64,000 bases of DNA from Sphagnum compactum (Eukaryota): contig OZ234493.1 of the NCBI GenBank assembly GCA_965153455.1, positions 13,630,213 to 13,694,212 on the forward strand, written 5' to 3'. Positions 14,501-27,800 of the stretch are shown piece after piece. Position 1 is the first letter of the stretch. Each line of letters starts with the position of its first letter. Both the position numbers and the translations under genes were made by a program. The notes beneath the pieces are model-generated. The model saw nothing but the letters and a program-made list of their open reading frames with translations, was not told the DNA's origin and did no database searches.

Positions 14501-17500
14501 AAAAGGTGCACTTGTTACCATGCAAATAGACATCAAAGGAACTCACAATATTACAGTGCTTCAACAAAAACTCATCAGACACAAATATCTGATTGAGACA
14601 AGAAAAAGACGATTACTATACAAATCTTATTTCTTATGTTCACAAGAAGAAAACACGAGAGGGTTATAACATCTCAAAATTTTTGTTCATTCCAGATCAC
14701 AAGAATGATGGTTCAGAGTGAAATATGTAAACTTTACAATGGGGTTATCTGGAAGCCGTGGATCTGTAATGACAAAATTTTTGGCAATTCGTTCCAGAGT
14801 GGTGGCCAGATCAATGCCCCGTCGTATGTCCTTCCTCTCTGCATCTTCAAAGCTCTCTGGCTTCTCATCGCTCAACATTAATAACTCTGGGTCAAGTTCC
14901 TCTTCCTGAGGCACTGATGGCTTCGCCAACCTGCACAAGTTTGCACCTAAAATATGAGAGATTTCTCCAAATTGAGCTGGTGAGGTCCAAGAGAGAATTT
15001 CATAAGATATTCTCTCGTATGCATAGACCACATACACCAGATTATATATGAACCTCAGACACCTTTTTTACTAATGACATCTGGAGAATCTGGAACACAA
15101 TGGCAAACAAATTGTGGCAATGTTGAACCAGGCTTAGAAAGAAGAATTTTTGTTGGAAAAGTGGACTCACCCAAGCAATGATAAAAAACCAGAGGACCGT
15201 CGATGTCTTCGTTGACCAGCTTCACCATGAGAAACACCTTCTGAGACATTTGCAAACTTGGACTCGTTTTTTGCTTTCGAAAGCTTTTCTGTTGATGCAT
15301 GCAGGATTCCATCTGGCTGATCAGACTGTGAAGTATGGTGTAAGGCAGTTGCTGGCCTTTGTTGTGACACAGGTGCTGCCACCACATTCTCTACTTTCTC
15401 ATCAGATGTGTCCTCCTCGATGATTTTGGATGGAATATGGGCATTGGGATCCTCAACAGATGGATTCGGATTTTTGAACACCCCAACCAAATCTGTGACT
15501 GACTCTGTTGCCTTCTCCTGCAGCCTTGCTGGTCATGACACAATATGGAACACATGTCATATATTTTTTTGCTCACTCTTACCTCAAAAGGAAAAGGGGG
15601 TAGAGTATAGAGTAAAATAACAACAGTTGCGTTGGATTCCCAATTGGTTTGGAGACAGTGCTCCAACATTCCCACTTTAGAAAAGGACATGAAAATGGAG
15701 TGAGAGCTTGTGTATCCCATGAAATGACAATAAGAAAAGACATTGTTGACCTACTAACGAAGGTGCAAAAAGCAACTGTCCATTCACAGCAGAAAGGAAA
15801 GTCAGTTTACAAGCATGATAGAATAAAGAGAAAACTTACACTCATATCTGATTAGTGATTCTGGAAGACCATTTGGGCGCAGAGCCTTCTCTTTTTTACC
15901 TTCTGTGTGCTTGCTCACCTCCACCTGCATTCTGCTCCCCTCCAACATCCAGTTGATACAACATTACCTTTTCCTCCCAAGGTCACTCTACTGTAGAGGG
16001 CTATGTGTCTGACACCTAAGTGAAGGAAGAAAAGGAGGACATGGCAGATCATTAGAATTTCTAGGAGTTAAGCTTCTCTTTTGTAAGATTATGGAAATTA
16101 CATGCTCTCTATTCCAGTGTCTTCCTATTCCAATGGCAAAGTGAGTTTCAGCTGATACTTGTCTCCATTTCAACATCTGAACCTGTAATCCTTCTACTCA
16201 GCATGGATGAATTGGCTGGATGTTATGGGTTCTCCTCACATATTGATTATGTTCAAAGACTGGGTAACTACCTTTTGCTTACCTTTTGATCATGCAGTAA
16301 TCCCATAAGTGAAGTGAGAATTTTTTGCAGCAGCTGACTGAGACTTGGAGAAACAAAAGGTTCACAAGCTGGACAGCCTTTGCACAGTTGCTAAAGGTGA
16401 TCCATTTGTTTACTGAAGGAGATCACAGAGTAATGAAGAGTCAACATCTAGAGCCCTACAGGAGCTCAGGATGTTTTTGTAGGAAACTACCTAGACCCAG
16501 CGATACAGCTTTTCTACTGCATGGTCTTCAGAGTCAAATCATACTGTGGTTACTAAATTCAGGTGATAATGCTCACCCGATGAACTTGAGAACCTTGCCA
16601 TCATCATCTTTGATAGGTGTGATGGTGAGAAGATTCCAAAATGCTGATCCATTTTTCTTGTAGTTGAGCAAGCGCCCACAGAAGTTCCTTCCCATTTGTA
16701 ATGCTTCCCGGATCTTCCTCACATCTTCTGGGTCTGTTTCAGGTCCTTGCAAAAACCGGCTTTTCCAATAGCCCACCAAATAAATTCAGCAACAGTAGTT
16801 AAAGTTCCACTGCAAACTGATTCTCAAAACTCTGATGTAACTTACTTTCTTCAAGCACTGAATGTGAATGAGATTTAGTGGAATTCTCATAAGGCTTTGG
16901 GAACATCATCATCATACATGCTGAATGAATTTTTTTTTCAACACTGTAGATGGCAGAAAAGGCTTCAGCTCTGAGAGGAAACATACCAGTTGCGACCAAT
17001 GACCTCCTGTGGAGTGTACCCTGTCATGTTAAAAAATCCAGCACTTGCATAAAGTATTGGAAAATCAGGCTGTGTTGCATCGGAAACAACAAAAGTCTGT
17101 TGAAATGTAGACAAGGCATCCTTAATGTTCTGAGAAACACGTGGAATATTAGATATCCCCTCACTTCCAGCATCTGATCCTTCTGAAGTACGATAGGACA
17201 CTCCAGTAGTTGGGAGTGTGAATGAAGTTCCTGATGTCCGGTCATCAGTGGACCTCTGGTCACCAGATCTCCGATCCCCTGACTTGCGGATTGCCACTCC
17301 CTGTGTCTTTCCAGTCTGAGCATCTGCCTTTAGCACTAGGCCCCATTCCCCAACCCGGTCTGCCATCACTCTATCTGTCATTTCCACCTTCTCTGCCTTC
17401 TCTGCCTTCTTCTCTGTCTTCTCTACCCTCTCCACCTCCAATGGTGGATTGTCTCTTGCCTTGAATGTTGTCTGCAGAATGGGAAAAGGGACACCTAATA

Positions 17501-18335
17501 ACATCAGATTCCAACACATTTTTCAATGCAGCACATCATTGCTCTTGCACATACAAGATGATATGTCTCCCAATTATCATCCCTTCTGGCTGCTACAAGG
17601 AATCACCCTGTAGTCAGAATCAGTTGGGCAATATGGTGATTAAGATTCAACAAAAGAAAAGAAAATGAGATGGTACAATCGAATTGCTAAGTATCTGCTT
17701 CAAGTGGTTGCTTCAAAACCCATAAGAGTAATCTCCCTTTCATTATTAGTTTCAGAACTCAAAAAATCAATTTCACAAGAAAATGCTTCTAGGTACCAAC
17801 TCGAGGACTGGCACAATATGAAGACCTGAAGATATACACTGGATTATATCCTGACCTATTCTCTATTCTTGAAATGATTGGACAGAGGGACACGATTCAC
17901 CTTCAGGACATTGCTGTCAGAAGAGCTACGAACGTGTTTGCCTCCATCCAATTTTTCATCAGCAGTATTTTTTGGCTCTGCAATTATCCCACCCCATGAT
18001 TTGTCTAAAGAGGAAGGGTCTTTCCCTTGCTCTTGGGGACTACCTTGTTTCATGAATGACACCTCTCTCAATTTAGCACCCGAACCTCCAGCTGCTTTCT
18101 GTGGCTCCAGCTGGGCTTCCTTCTGCTCCTCAACTGGTGGATTTCCAAAGACAGACCCTCCTGAAAGGTAGTGTGCACTTTGTGGAGCACCTCCAAATAC
18201 TTCTATAGATCCCCGCTGTGTCCGGGAAAGTTCTGATCTAGTTCCAGGATTTCCACGGCCTGACAATCCTGGGCGGGGGCGTGAAGCTGCTCCCTGCCCA
18301 GGCATACTTGATGATGAACTCTCCACAGTTGGCAT
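8578..18335 (-). CDS. PHOT: Phototropin (LOV1-LOV2-Ser/Thr kinase blue-light receptor), 22 coding exons, about 1089 aa
   Basis: Exons with GT-AG ends: 18335-17901, 17471-16987, 16759-16577, 15931-15840, 15528-15171, 14930-14738, 14487-14417, 13705-13599, 13056-13007, 12725-12621, 12225-12166, 12046-11957, 11810-11734, 11468-11384, 11165-11085, 10956-10803, 10619-10513, 10262-10137, 10027-9976, 9849-9737, 8972-8832, 8682-8578 (3270 nt in total, in frame). Motifs: two [13 protein letters not shown] cores, [14 protein letters not shown]-alpha [46 protein letters not shown] and VDWWALG. Confidence 0.97.
14060..14370. repeat. About 110-bp tandem repeat, 3 diverged copies, in phototropin intron 7
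   Basis: GAATTCACC...TTAAGCACC...TACTTGG recurs at about 14088, 14201 and 14308. Confidence 0.8.
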
Positions 18336-18374
18336 AACTGCTGATCTTCAACAAACTGTTGAAATAAAACAAAT

Positions 18375-20381
18375 CTGCAGAACAATTAGAAAAGTAATTT
18401 TACAACAGCTGCAGAACAACAGTACTTCACTCCCAGAATACTCAGTACAAGGAACAGGCGATTAGTCTGTATGGCTTTTATTGACACTTGATTGAATTGG
18501 GATAGATGCTTATAGAGTGGAGATGGCCTACATTGAAGAATGACCTTAAATCATTGATAAACTTCAACTGCAGTGCTAATTTCCTCTCAATGATGGACAT
18601 GGAGGATTGATGTCTGGTATCAAAGCTATCTTTCAAAAGAAAGCAATCACAGCCATCATGCTGTAACTAAATCCAAGGGCTTCCAAATGCAAATGAAAAT
18701 ATGAAACTGACCCTCATATTGGAAGCATGACAAAAATATGAATAGATACTGTAGGGAAACCCACAATTCTTGCCTTCTCCAGAGGCAATAGGCAGAGTTA
18801 CCAAGACTGTGGAAATGCGTGTTTTTGGTAGACCTTTATCCCTCCCAGAAACAAAGTTACATTCTGCCATCCCTAGCAGGTTTTTCCTTGAATTAGTGTA
18901 TAATATTAAGAAGGTAGGCTGTCTGTGACCACAGCTGTAAGGGGGTGTTTACCTCCTAGTAAACCTGTCAGTACAAGTATTCAAGGAGAAAGTCCATCAA
19001 TCGATATGATGCACATGCTGTATCCTACATGTTGCTCCAACAATTCCAACAACTCCTGTTGATAGCAGAAACATGGACTGCAAACACAATTCAAGAAAAC
19101 ATACCAGTAAAAGTTACATTGAAATCCAAAGCCCACAGCTTTCATGCAAACTGACCAATGTAATGCAAGCCATCATCATATATTGAGCATGATGATCAAA
19201 ACTGAGTAATAAGATAGTGAGAAGTGTTTGATAGATACATAGGATCTGAAGGGTTATGGGTCACAAGCTGGAATGGTTTTTTTCAAACAAAAATAGATGA
19301 TATCTTCTGGCCTCTGCCCTCGCTCTTTCTGAGGTGAGAGAAAGCAAGAGCCAGAGAAAGGGCAAAGGATGAAATGCCATCTAACCTTCTATGCACTCCA
19401 TCATATGCACAAACGAAGTTGTAGGAGACTACACACCAGATCCCAAGTACTGTTCAGATCCAGGCCTCAAAGGTCCTGTGATGTCAGATATTGCTGTTGG
19501 TGCCATTATTACCTCTGAAGTCTAGCTCAACCTACTGATGCCTCCCAATCTGCTGGCTCTCTTGAGTCTGTTGTTTACTTCAGAATAGGAATTGGTGTTA
19601 GCATTTGGTTACTTGAGATTGCTAACTTAAGTACATGTGCAAGTGTGTTCACAGGATTTTTCCACAGTGTGTTTTCATTCTCCTGAAGCATTTTGGAGTC
19701 AGAAGCTGGCTCAAAAACCAATTTTGAGCCTGCAACAAACAAATGCCACATTGACGCTCTCCTCGAGAAGGAACAGCAGCAGCAGCAGCACACACAGTTT
19801 GCTAAGACCTCCAGTAAGAGACTGACAACTTCTATTGGGAGGATTATGGGGCTTATCAGCAGCTCTAACACTGGTCAGATTTGAGCTGCAAATGCAGTTG
19901 CTGCCTCCAGAAACAAACTTGCAGAGCTGCATCTCTAAAGTTGAACAAAGTGGCATGTTGTGTTTGTTCCAGAGCGCCCAGGAAAGGGAGGAGATCATGA
20001 CAAGAAGTGGCAAAGGATTCCCAGAGAGACACACACAGAAACAGAGAGGTGCACACATGAAGCTAATCATCCTACATAGGCATGAACTTCTTGGAATCAA
20101 TATGTGTTCCTTGGCAGCATGAGAAAAGGAAAGTAAAGGAGCAGAAGGAAGAAAGGAGGTGTACTACATCCACAGCAGCAGCAGCTGAATGCACGCACGC
20201 AGGTACCCTCCACAAAGCACCCTACCTAACAGTACGTGTGTTTGGAAACATCGATTTTCCATAGATACCAAAGAAAGCGAGAACAGACATAAAAGACTGG
20301 AGTACATACAGAGGGAATGGCGAGAGAAGGAGAAGGAAACGAGAGAAAGGACTAAACAAGAAACGAGCCGCAACAGCTTAC
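18375..20381 (-). other. Probable 2-kb 5'UTR intron of the phototropin gene
   Basis: Minus-strand donor GTAAG at 20381-20377 and acceptor TTCTGCAG ending at 18375, 39 nt before the ATG. CT-rich (minus-strand) leader sequence lies at about 20400-21130. Confidence 0.55.
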
Positions 20382-21149
20382 CAGCGTCAATCCTCTTTCA
20401 TTCTTGCTGCCACTGCGAGCTTCAGGGAGATCAAAACCCTTAAAAAAGCTACAGAAACCAGAAAACAAAGCCTTCATGGGCTAAGAAACTCTCCAATTCA
20501 GCGCATCCCCACTCACACGCGGCGCATATGTGTAAGGCAAGAGGAAGAAGAAGAATTCGCTGAAAGGAAGAGAATGCCCCCGCCGGGAGAAGAGAGAATA
20601 TACTGGAAGGAAGGAAGGAAGGAAGGAAGGAAGGAAGAAGTGTTCTTACATGTATCCCGAGACCGAAGAAGGCAGAAAAGACATTTATCAGACCACGATC
20701 TTCCGCCGATTTCCCCGCACCTCACCACAGACGTGATCACCGGGACACAAAAAGCTTCAAATTCCGAACAAAAAAAAACCGGGGACAAGGAAGAACAAGC
20801 CGAACAAGAACCTAGAAACAGACAATAGAGTTTCTGGAGTTGATAACAAGAGAAAGAAGCTTAACTTTACAGATTCAATGCATAAATTTCTTTGCATAAG
20901 TTTTTATGCCGAAGACTTTTGGATAACGAAGGATTTTTTTTGCATACAAAAAACAACCATAGCAGCAGCTAACAAGAGGAATCTAACGCAAAAAAAAAAA
21001 CGCGTTTTGTAGAATTAAATGTGGCGTCGAGGAGCTTGGTCGACAACCAAGGGATTTGCATTGCGGGACGCAGCAGCAAGCGAGCGAGCAAAAGAGTGCA
21101 AGCGAGAGCGAGCGAGAGGAGAGAGAGAGAGAAAGCTAAAAGATGAGGC

Positions 21150-21205
21150 TGCTCCTTACGTAAAAGAAGGAAACCACGTGAATAGTAAAAGGCTCAACGT
21201 AAATA
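21150..21205. promoter_or_regulatory. G-box (CACGTG 21175-21180) with two nearby ACGT cores in the putative phototropin promoter
   Basis: Motifs read directly, next to a GA/CT repeat tract at about 21100-21132. Function is inferred from position only. Confidence 0.4.
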
Positions 21206-23269
21206 TCCATTAGGGTAAAAAAGAATTGAATATTTCATAGGTCGGTAGATCCCCCCCCCTCCCCCGCCCCTAACCCCTAATTGTAGGTACCTACGTACCT
21301 ACCTATGCTCCTCTAGCGTAGGCAATCAATTTTACTTAATTATGTTTTATTACCTCAAGTTACCATCAGTGTTGTTTTTTAAAAATAAATAATTAATTAA
21401 TTTTGGCGACAAATTTTGTTGGATTTTCCACAAGAAAAATAAAGGGGAATTATTTTTTTCCCAAGGAATGATTGGGTTCAGGTTTAATGTTTTTTCTTAA
21501 AAATTATATAAAAATGGATAAGCCACCACCGGTTTGGGGGTTTAGAGAATATTTTCAAAAACCGGGTTCCCGAGGGCCATATCAACTTTTTCTTTTGTGC
21601 AATGCCAATTAATTGCCCTGGTTCGAACGGTTCTAATCTTGATAAGACTCGCGATTGATTGTCGGAAAACATTATTGTCGGATATGAACTGAAGTGGGGG
21701 TTCGATGGGTTTAGAGAGTGAAGGTTGTGTTTAGAAAAATTCGTTGAAAAAGGGGGAAAGACTTAAGTTTAAAAACGGAAGGAAGTGTACAATTGTGTCG
21801 GGTGACCACCGAAGAGCACACTTTATGATAATAATAATGGGGCTCTTTCGATTTATCAATCAAATACTTTCTTTGGTTTGTTGTCTAATAAATTTTCATT
21901 CTTCTTCTAATCTTGAGGATGTGGTGTTTTTTTATGACAATTAATTTTTGGATACACATTTTGTGATGCATGTCAAAACAATGCGTCAACAAAAATAAAC
22001 TTGGTGAACAATGATAACAAAAATTCATCTGTTATGTTTTATTATTGTTTTGTGACAAAAAAAAGGGAGAAAGCTCAACAAGTGAACATATGGGAACAAA
22101 CTAAAAAAGAAAAGTAAAAAAAAATCATAGATTATAAGTGTTACAACTTAAGTGCTGTAAAATTGTAGCATTTACAATGTCAAATAAGACATGATATAAC
22201 ACCTAGCTTCCTTACATGGATTTAAAAAAATGATAAACATTGAAAATTTATTTTTCTATGTTCAAAACACAAGCAAATCAAAAGCACTAGCAACAAAATA
22301 TAACTAAAAATGGATTTGATTACTACATGATCTAGTAGTTGTCCTAGTAATAGAGTTTTCAAAAGCTCTCCCCTAACACAATGGCACTTGATGTTTGAGT
22401 GAAAATAGATCAATTTCAATCTTTGTTGTTTGTCAATAGGTGCTATATATTTTCAATGTTCAAATATCAACACCTAATCAAAACACAAAAGAGAAAAAAG
22501 TTTACATACCATATCACCCATGGCAAGAACACTGTTTCTATGACAAGTTTGAATAAACAACTTTATGTATAGCTTTTCTAAAAATGTTGTTTCATACCCA
22601 CATGTGACTTGTGCCAAGACCATTCAGACAAATCATCAGTGGAAACATTATTACCTTGTTTTAAAACTCTTCATGAAAGCTTTTGAAATTTCCCAAAAAA
22701 CCATAGGATTGATTTACACAATAACTTGTAGATTAAAAAACAATCATATGTTACCATCAACTTTAATTTCTCCAACTATGATCTATTGTAATATTTTCAA
22801 GCTTCACAAATTTCACCCTAACAATAATAATAGTTATTTTTTTATTTTAAAAAGTAAAGCAAGGAATACTCATCCTATTGATTTGAAACATATGCCAAAG
22901 TCTTCCAAACATTTTAGAATTATATATGTGTTTAGGGCAACATAATTTTCTCCTTATGTCTTCTAAGAAAATTGAACCCCCTCCATATTCAATGAAGTTT
23001 TCCATGTTACAATGGAAGGCATAACACATCAATATCGAAATCCCTATCTACAAATAGACATAACAAAATATTTATACATAATTGTAAGGAAAATGTTGAA
23101 TTAAAACCATTCATCCACTAATGGCTAGTCCATGGAAAATGTCATGTTACATTTCCACCCCATAGTAAAACTTCTCCTCATTTGACTTAATGGTGGTAAT
23201 ATAAAGTGGGAAATTTTCAAGAGTAAAAAGTTGATGTGCATACATTTTTACAATAAGATCAAGTGTGTA

Positions 23270-26200
23270 ATTATTTAATCCCTATAACTTCAACTTTAGG
23301 AAAGTAAGTGTAGAGAATGTACATTCATCCTCCACACTCCTTAAAACAACCATGACCATTATTTCAACAAGCTTTAGGCACTCAAATAACCTCTGTTTTA
23401 GAATCTAATTCATATGCAAATGGCTTCACATTTTGAATGGTAGGGTTACAATCAAGGGGGGTTTGCATAGCAACATTGTAATTAGATTGCATAATGCTAA
23501 CAAATATAAATGTTCGTTAATCAAACAAATCAACATCTAATAAAGGACCATGTGAAACTTCAATTGGTGTATTAGTATTGTTGTGAAAATATTGTTCTTT
23601 CAAGATGGTTAAATGATAAGGGAATGTTGTGGCATCATTTAGTTGCACTAAAAGAAAAATTGTCATTTACAACTAAAAAATAGTTATAAACAACATTTTT
23701 TAGTTGTAAAAATTGGTTATAAATGATAGTTTTTCTTCTAATGTTGTAACTAATATTGAGGGTAGATGATTTTTGTGGCATTCATCACTTCTTAAATAGG
23801 GAATTGTGTGTCCAACTCATCAATCAAACCTTTAGTAGTATAATTACATTGTTTTTTGACATTTTGGCATGTAAATGTCTAATCATCCATAGTCACCATG
23901 ATTATTTTTCTAATAGATTTATCAATTTTGTGGAGTGTGTACATGCATTAAATGAAATCAAAAGTAACATATTTCATTTATGTTTATGGCTTTGTTAGCC
24001 ACACAATGCATAAGACAAATTTAATGCATTCCACCAAATCCAAAAACACTTGAAATATTGGTCATATGAATATTATATCTCAACTTTGATATACATGGCA
24101 TCCAAATTGCCAATACAACACTACTACAACATAATCACAAATGAATTTGTCCTTATTTTGAGCAAGTTTGTTTAGGTTTTGTATTGTTTCTAGCATTGGT
24201 AACACACAAGTTAGGCCCATGATAGTTTTCACATCACATAAAAGTTCATAATTAGCTCTAACACTAGGTGTAGTAATAGCATCATCCTTCATTTTGACCA
24301 TAAATGTTTCTTATTCATTGAACATTTGTCTAAAATAGCCAACATAGAAATCCACCTCATTTTCATGTTTTGTAGAATTTATAGACCCCTTGATTCAATC
24401 CTTTGTTAACTAAATGTCATCAAGGTGCCTTTTGGGGATTGATTATAGTATGTGTCCATGGATGTAAATAAAATTTCAATCTTTGTAACTAAAATCAAAG
24501 AGAAGAAAACTTGGATAACCATATCACACTAATATGTAACACAATGAATGCCATTAATGTGAGGGTTGTGTTTCTCATTTAATTGAATAGTATCATTTGT
24601 TTTCAACCCTTGCAAAATTTATTCCATTAGTCCCAGAATAAACAACCTTGTTAACAATGTCAACATTTAATAATATTATGAAAAAATTAAAGGTTTTGCA
24701 ATTGGGTTTAACACTTAGGGTATACAACAATAACATTATATCAAATTAAGTAATTAATTAATTACATATATTATATCTGACTATTTATAAATACAATGGA
24801 TAGATATTAATTTATAATAATAATAATGATAATAATAGTGATATTATTATTATATAATTTCATTATTTTCATCCTAAGATTTTTTGACACTTGTCATTAC
24901 TTAGGCTAGGCTAAAACAACTTTAGTTAAGTAGGCACCTAGGTTATGTAGCTTAGGGAAATAAAAAATATTTGGTCAACATTCTATTGTTCACTATCAAT
25001 TTGTCAATTATAAGGTTTGATATTTGTATCACAAAGATAGAGATCAATTGTTTTAGTAACAAATCACCCCACTTTTGTGAAAACATAATGGATTATCGGT
25101 TGCATTTATTTAATCCATTTTTCATTGCAATGTTCCACAAATGTTAGTTTTCATATTTAATATTTTATTGATATTTAAATAATTTTTTGAAAAAAAATTT
25201 AAAGGATTTTTCAATGATGTACAAATTTATAATTTTTTTAATAAAAAATTTGGAGACTTATTTGAACATATATATAATAATATTTTAATGATTATTCTTC
25301 TATTTAAATGTAAGAAAATCATGCAAATGATTTATAAATGGGATAAATTTTATGGTTTTGATAATAAGAGATACATGATATATTTCCCACATCATAAAAC
25401 TTGTATTTGACTTTAAAATTATAATTATACAATTTTTTTGATGATATGTGATAATTTTAATTTTGATGTATAATATTAATCTAAATATCACATTTTAATT
25501 TACAACATATCAAGTAATGTTATATAATTAATAAGTTTATGGATTTTTCTAAAAGGTTCACAATTTTCACATTGGCAATATGTGTTTTGTAAGATTTATT
25601 AATGTAACTAATAAATAAAAAAACACCCTTGCAATCATTATCTACATTTGGTTATAAAATAAATATATACAAAGTAAATAAATTTTAATCAACTTTTATA
25701 ATCATGGCTACACACTTAAAACCAACCATTTTTTTTTTTTGCCTCCACATTTAGAAACCTTCCAAAATCATTTCATTTCAGAATTTTTGATTTGTAAGTC
25801 TTTGGGGCCAAATTTCATGAGTAAAAATTTATTGCTAAATATTGGCACCCTCTTGGAATTCTTTTTTAAAAAAATTATGAAATTCTTTAAAAAATTAGAT
25901 TTTTTTTTGAAATAATAAAATTATGTGAACCTACTAAATATTGAATTTCTATGAGTATTGTATCGTCGAAATGTAAACTTTAGACATGTTATTCGGTCTT
26001 TTATAAACATGTACAATATGTGATAAAGTTGGTAAGTTATTACATTTGCACTAATTATGTTTCTGCAGGTTATCAAGTTTTTCAAATAGAAAATAAAACA
26101 ATTTTTCTCGTCTAAACTAAAATAAAATTCGTGCATAATCAATAGGTTGTATTTTCATAAATAGTAGGTAATTTGTAATCATGTAATTGCAATATAATCA

Positions 26201-27800
26201 CATGATAGTAACATCATAATCGCAAATCAAATGATTAACATATTATGACTACATGACTAAAACTAGGACATAGTTGTAAAATGTCTTAGTTATGAAAAAA
26301 ATTATTTTGTTGTTTTGAAAAATACAATATTCATATGGACATTTTTGGTGATCCATGGTCTTTTAAAGTGTTATGTACTTTATTTAAAATTCTAGTGCTA
26401 AATTAAAATGTGTTAAAACAATTTTTATCAAAAAAAAATAAAATTTTAATGCTAAATATATATATTTAAAGGTCCAGTCCACGTTACTTATATTCAAAAG
26501 TTGGATTATATTTTGAAAAATACTAAATAAGAAATGATATATGCACATTTTGCAATGTTAAAATAACTTATTATAATGTGAAAAATAAATTGATATTGAT
26601 ATTTTAAATTTAGATAGGAATCTTTTATAATTATAGTGCAAGTAACAAGCATTGTATATACAGTGTTATCATTAACTTATCATTGAAATGCAATATAAAC
26701 ATAACATGTCATAGCCATATAATGATTAAATACAAAGTAACATGATAGTCTTATGCACAAAACAACATGAATGTTAAATTTGAATATTTCTATTCATTAC
26801 ATTCAAAGATTAAAGACACTTATAATGTCACACAATCATAAAAAATAAGACTTTGATAGTTTCAACCAATAAAAGAACAAATAAACAAAATTTTGCTCAA
26901 ACAAAACAATGAACAATAAAAATTGAAATGTGTTTAGTCCATGCTATCAAATGAATTTTTTTTCCTAACTTGAATGTTTCATTCTTTGAACTAAAAGCCA
27001 AAAATGAAAAATAGTATTTTGCAACTAATATGTAACTATCATAAACCTTGTGAATTTTTCACATGACATTTTATTATGAAATGCTTAGTATTTCCATGGA
27101 ATAAATATAACATAATTGCACATCAACTACACCAAACATGTAGTTGCAAAGCAATGAGTTTTTTGTGAACACAACTTCTCATAGTGTAGACCACCAAACA
27201 TAACAATAAAACAAGTAATCACAATGGTGAAATTATTGAATATGACTCCATTCAGAACACTTTTAAGATTTAGAAGGATTGTTACCTTTTTCGAATTTTG
27301 AACAATGTATGCATGCACAAATATCCAAGATTGGTTGTCCATAGTTGCGATTTCATCACAACTAATTGAGACAAATTTGCCTTATTACGTACATGGATGT
27401 TGCAATTTCCCACTCATTGAAGGTTGTTTAATGATTCATTTAGACATGGACAAACTTCAAGAATTCAAATAATGACCTTATGTGCTCAAAATATATATTG
27501 TTTTTCCTCCATTAAATATCAATTGCACAACAAAATGGGGACCTTGAATGGTATGAATCTTTTCATTTTTCTACGTTGGCTTTAATTATTATAGTAATAA
27601 TCACACATCGCAATTCCTACACAAGTAACCAAAGCTTTGCACTTACCATCACGTTTTTTGTTTGCAAACCATTTAGTTTAAGGTTTAAAAGTTTTTCTTT
27701 GCCTTCCACAAGTGTGCACCCCTTGCAACACACCATCTACAATAGTTACTTTCAAGACCCATGATAAGTTTAGCCCATGGAAACTTGGCAACCCATTCAT
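23270..27800 (-). mobile_element. Decayed hAT-superfamily transposase relic, interrupted by about 2.4 kb of AT-rich sequence
   Basis: Collinear minus-strand fragments: SCDEIATMDNQSWIFVHAY (about 27300-27365), GIHC (about 24550), MRWISML (about 24340-24365), YELLCDVKTIMGLTCVLPMLE (24080-24301) and dimerisation-domain-like SVEDECTFSTLTFLKLKL* (about 23285-23340). Many stops and frameshifts; boundaries are approximate. Confidence 0.75.

Noticed and set aside
19575..20828. Cluster of short ORFs with poly-Q or charged runs
   Set aside because: They arise from CAG and GA repeats in the phototropin leader and intron, with no domain evidence.
8578..21000. Neochrome (phytochrome-phototropin chimera)
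   Set aside because: No PAS-GAF-PHY motifs lie upstream of LOV1. The N-terminal exons are low-complexity and the gene has the intron-rich phototropin layout.
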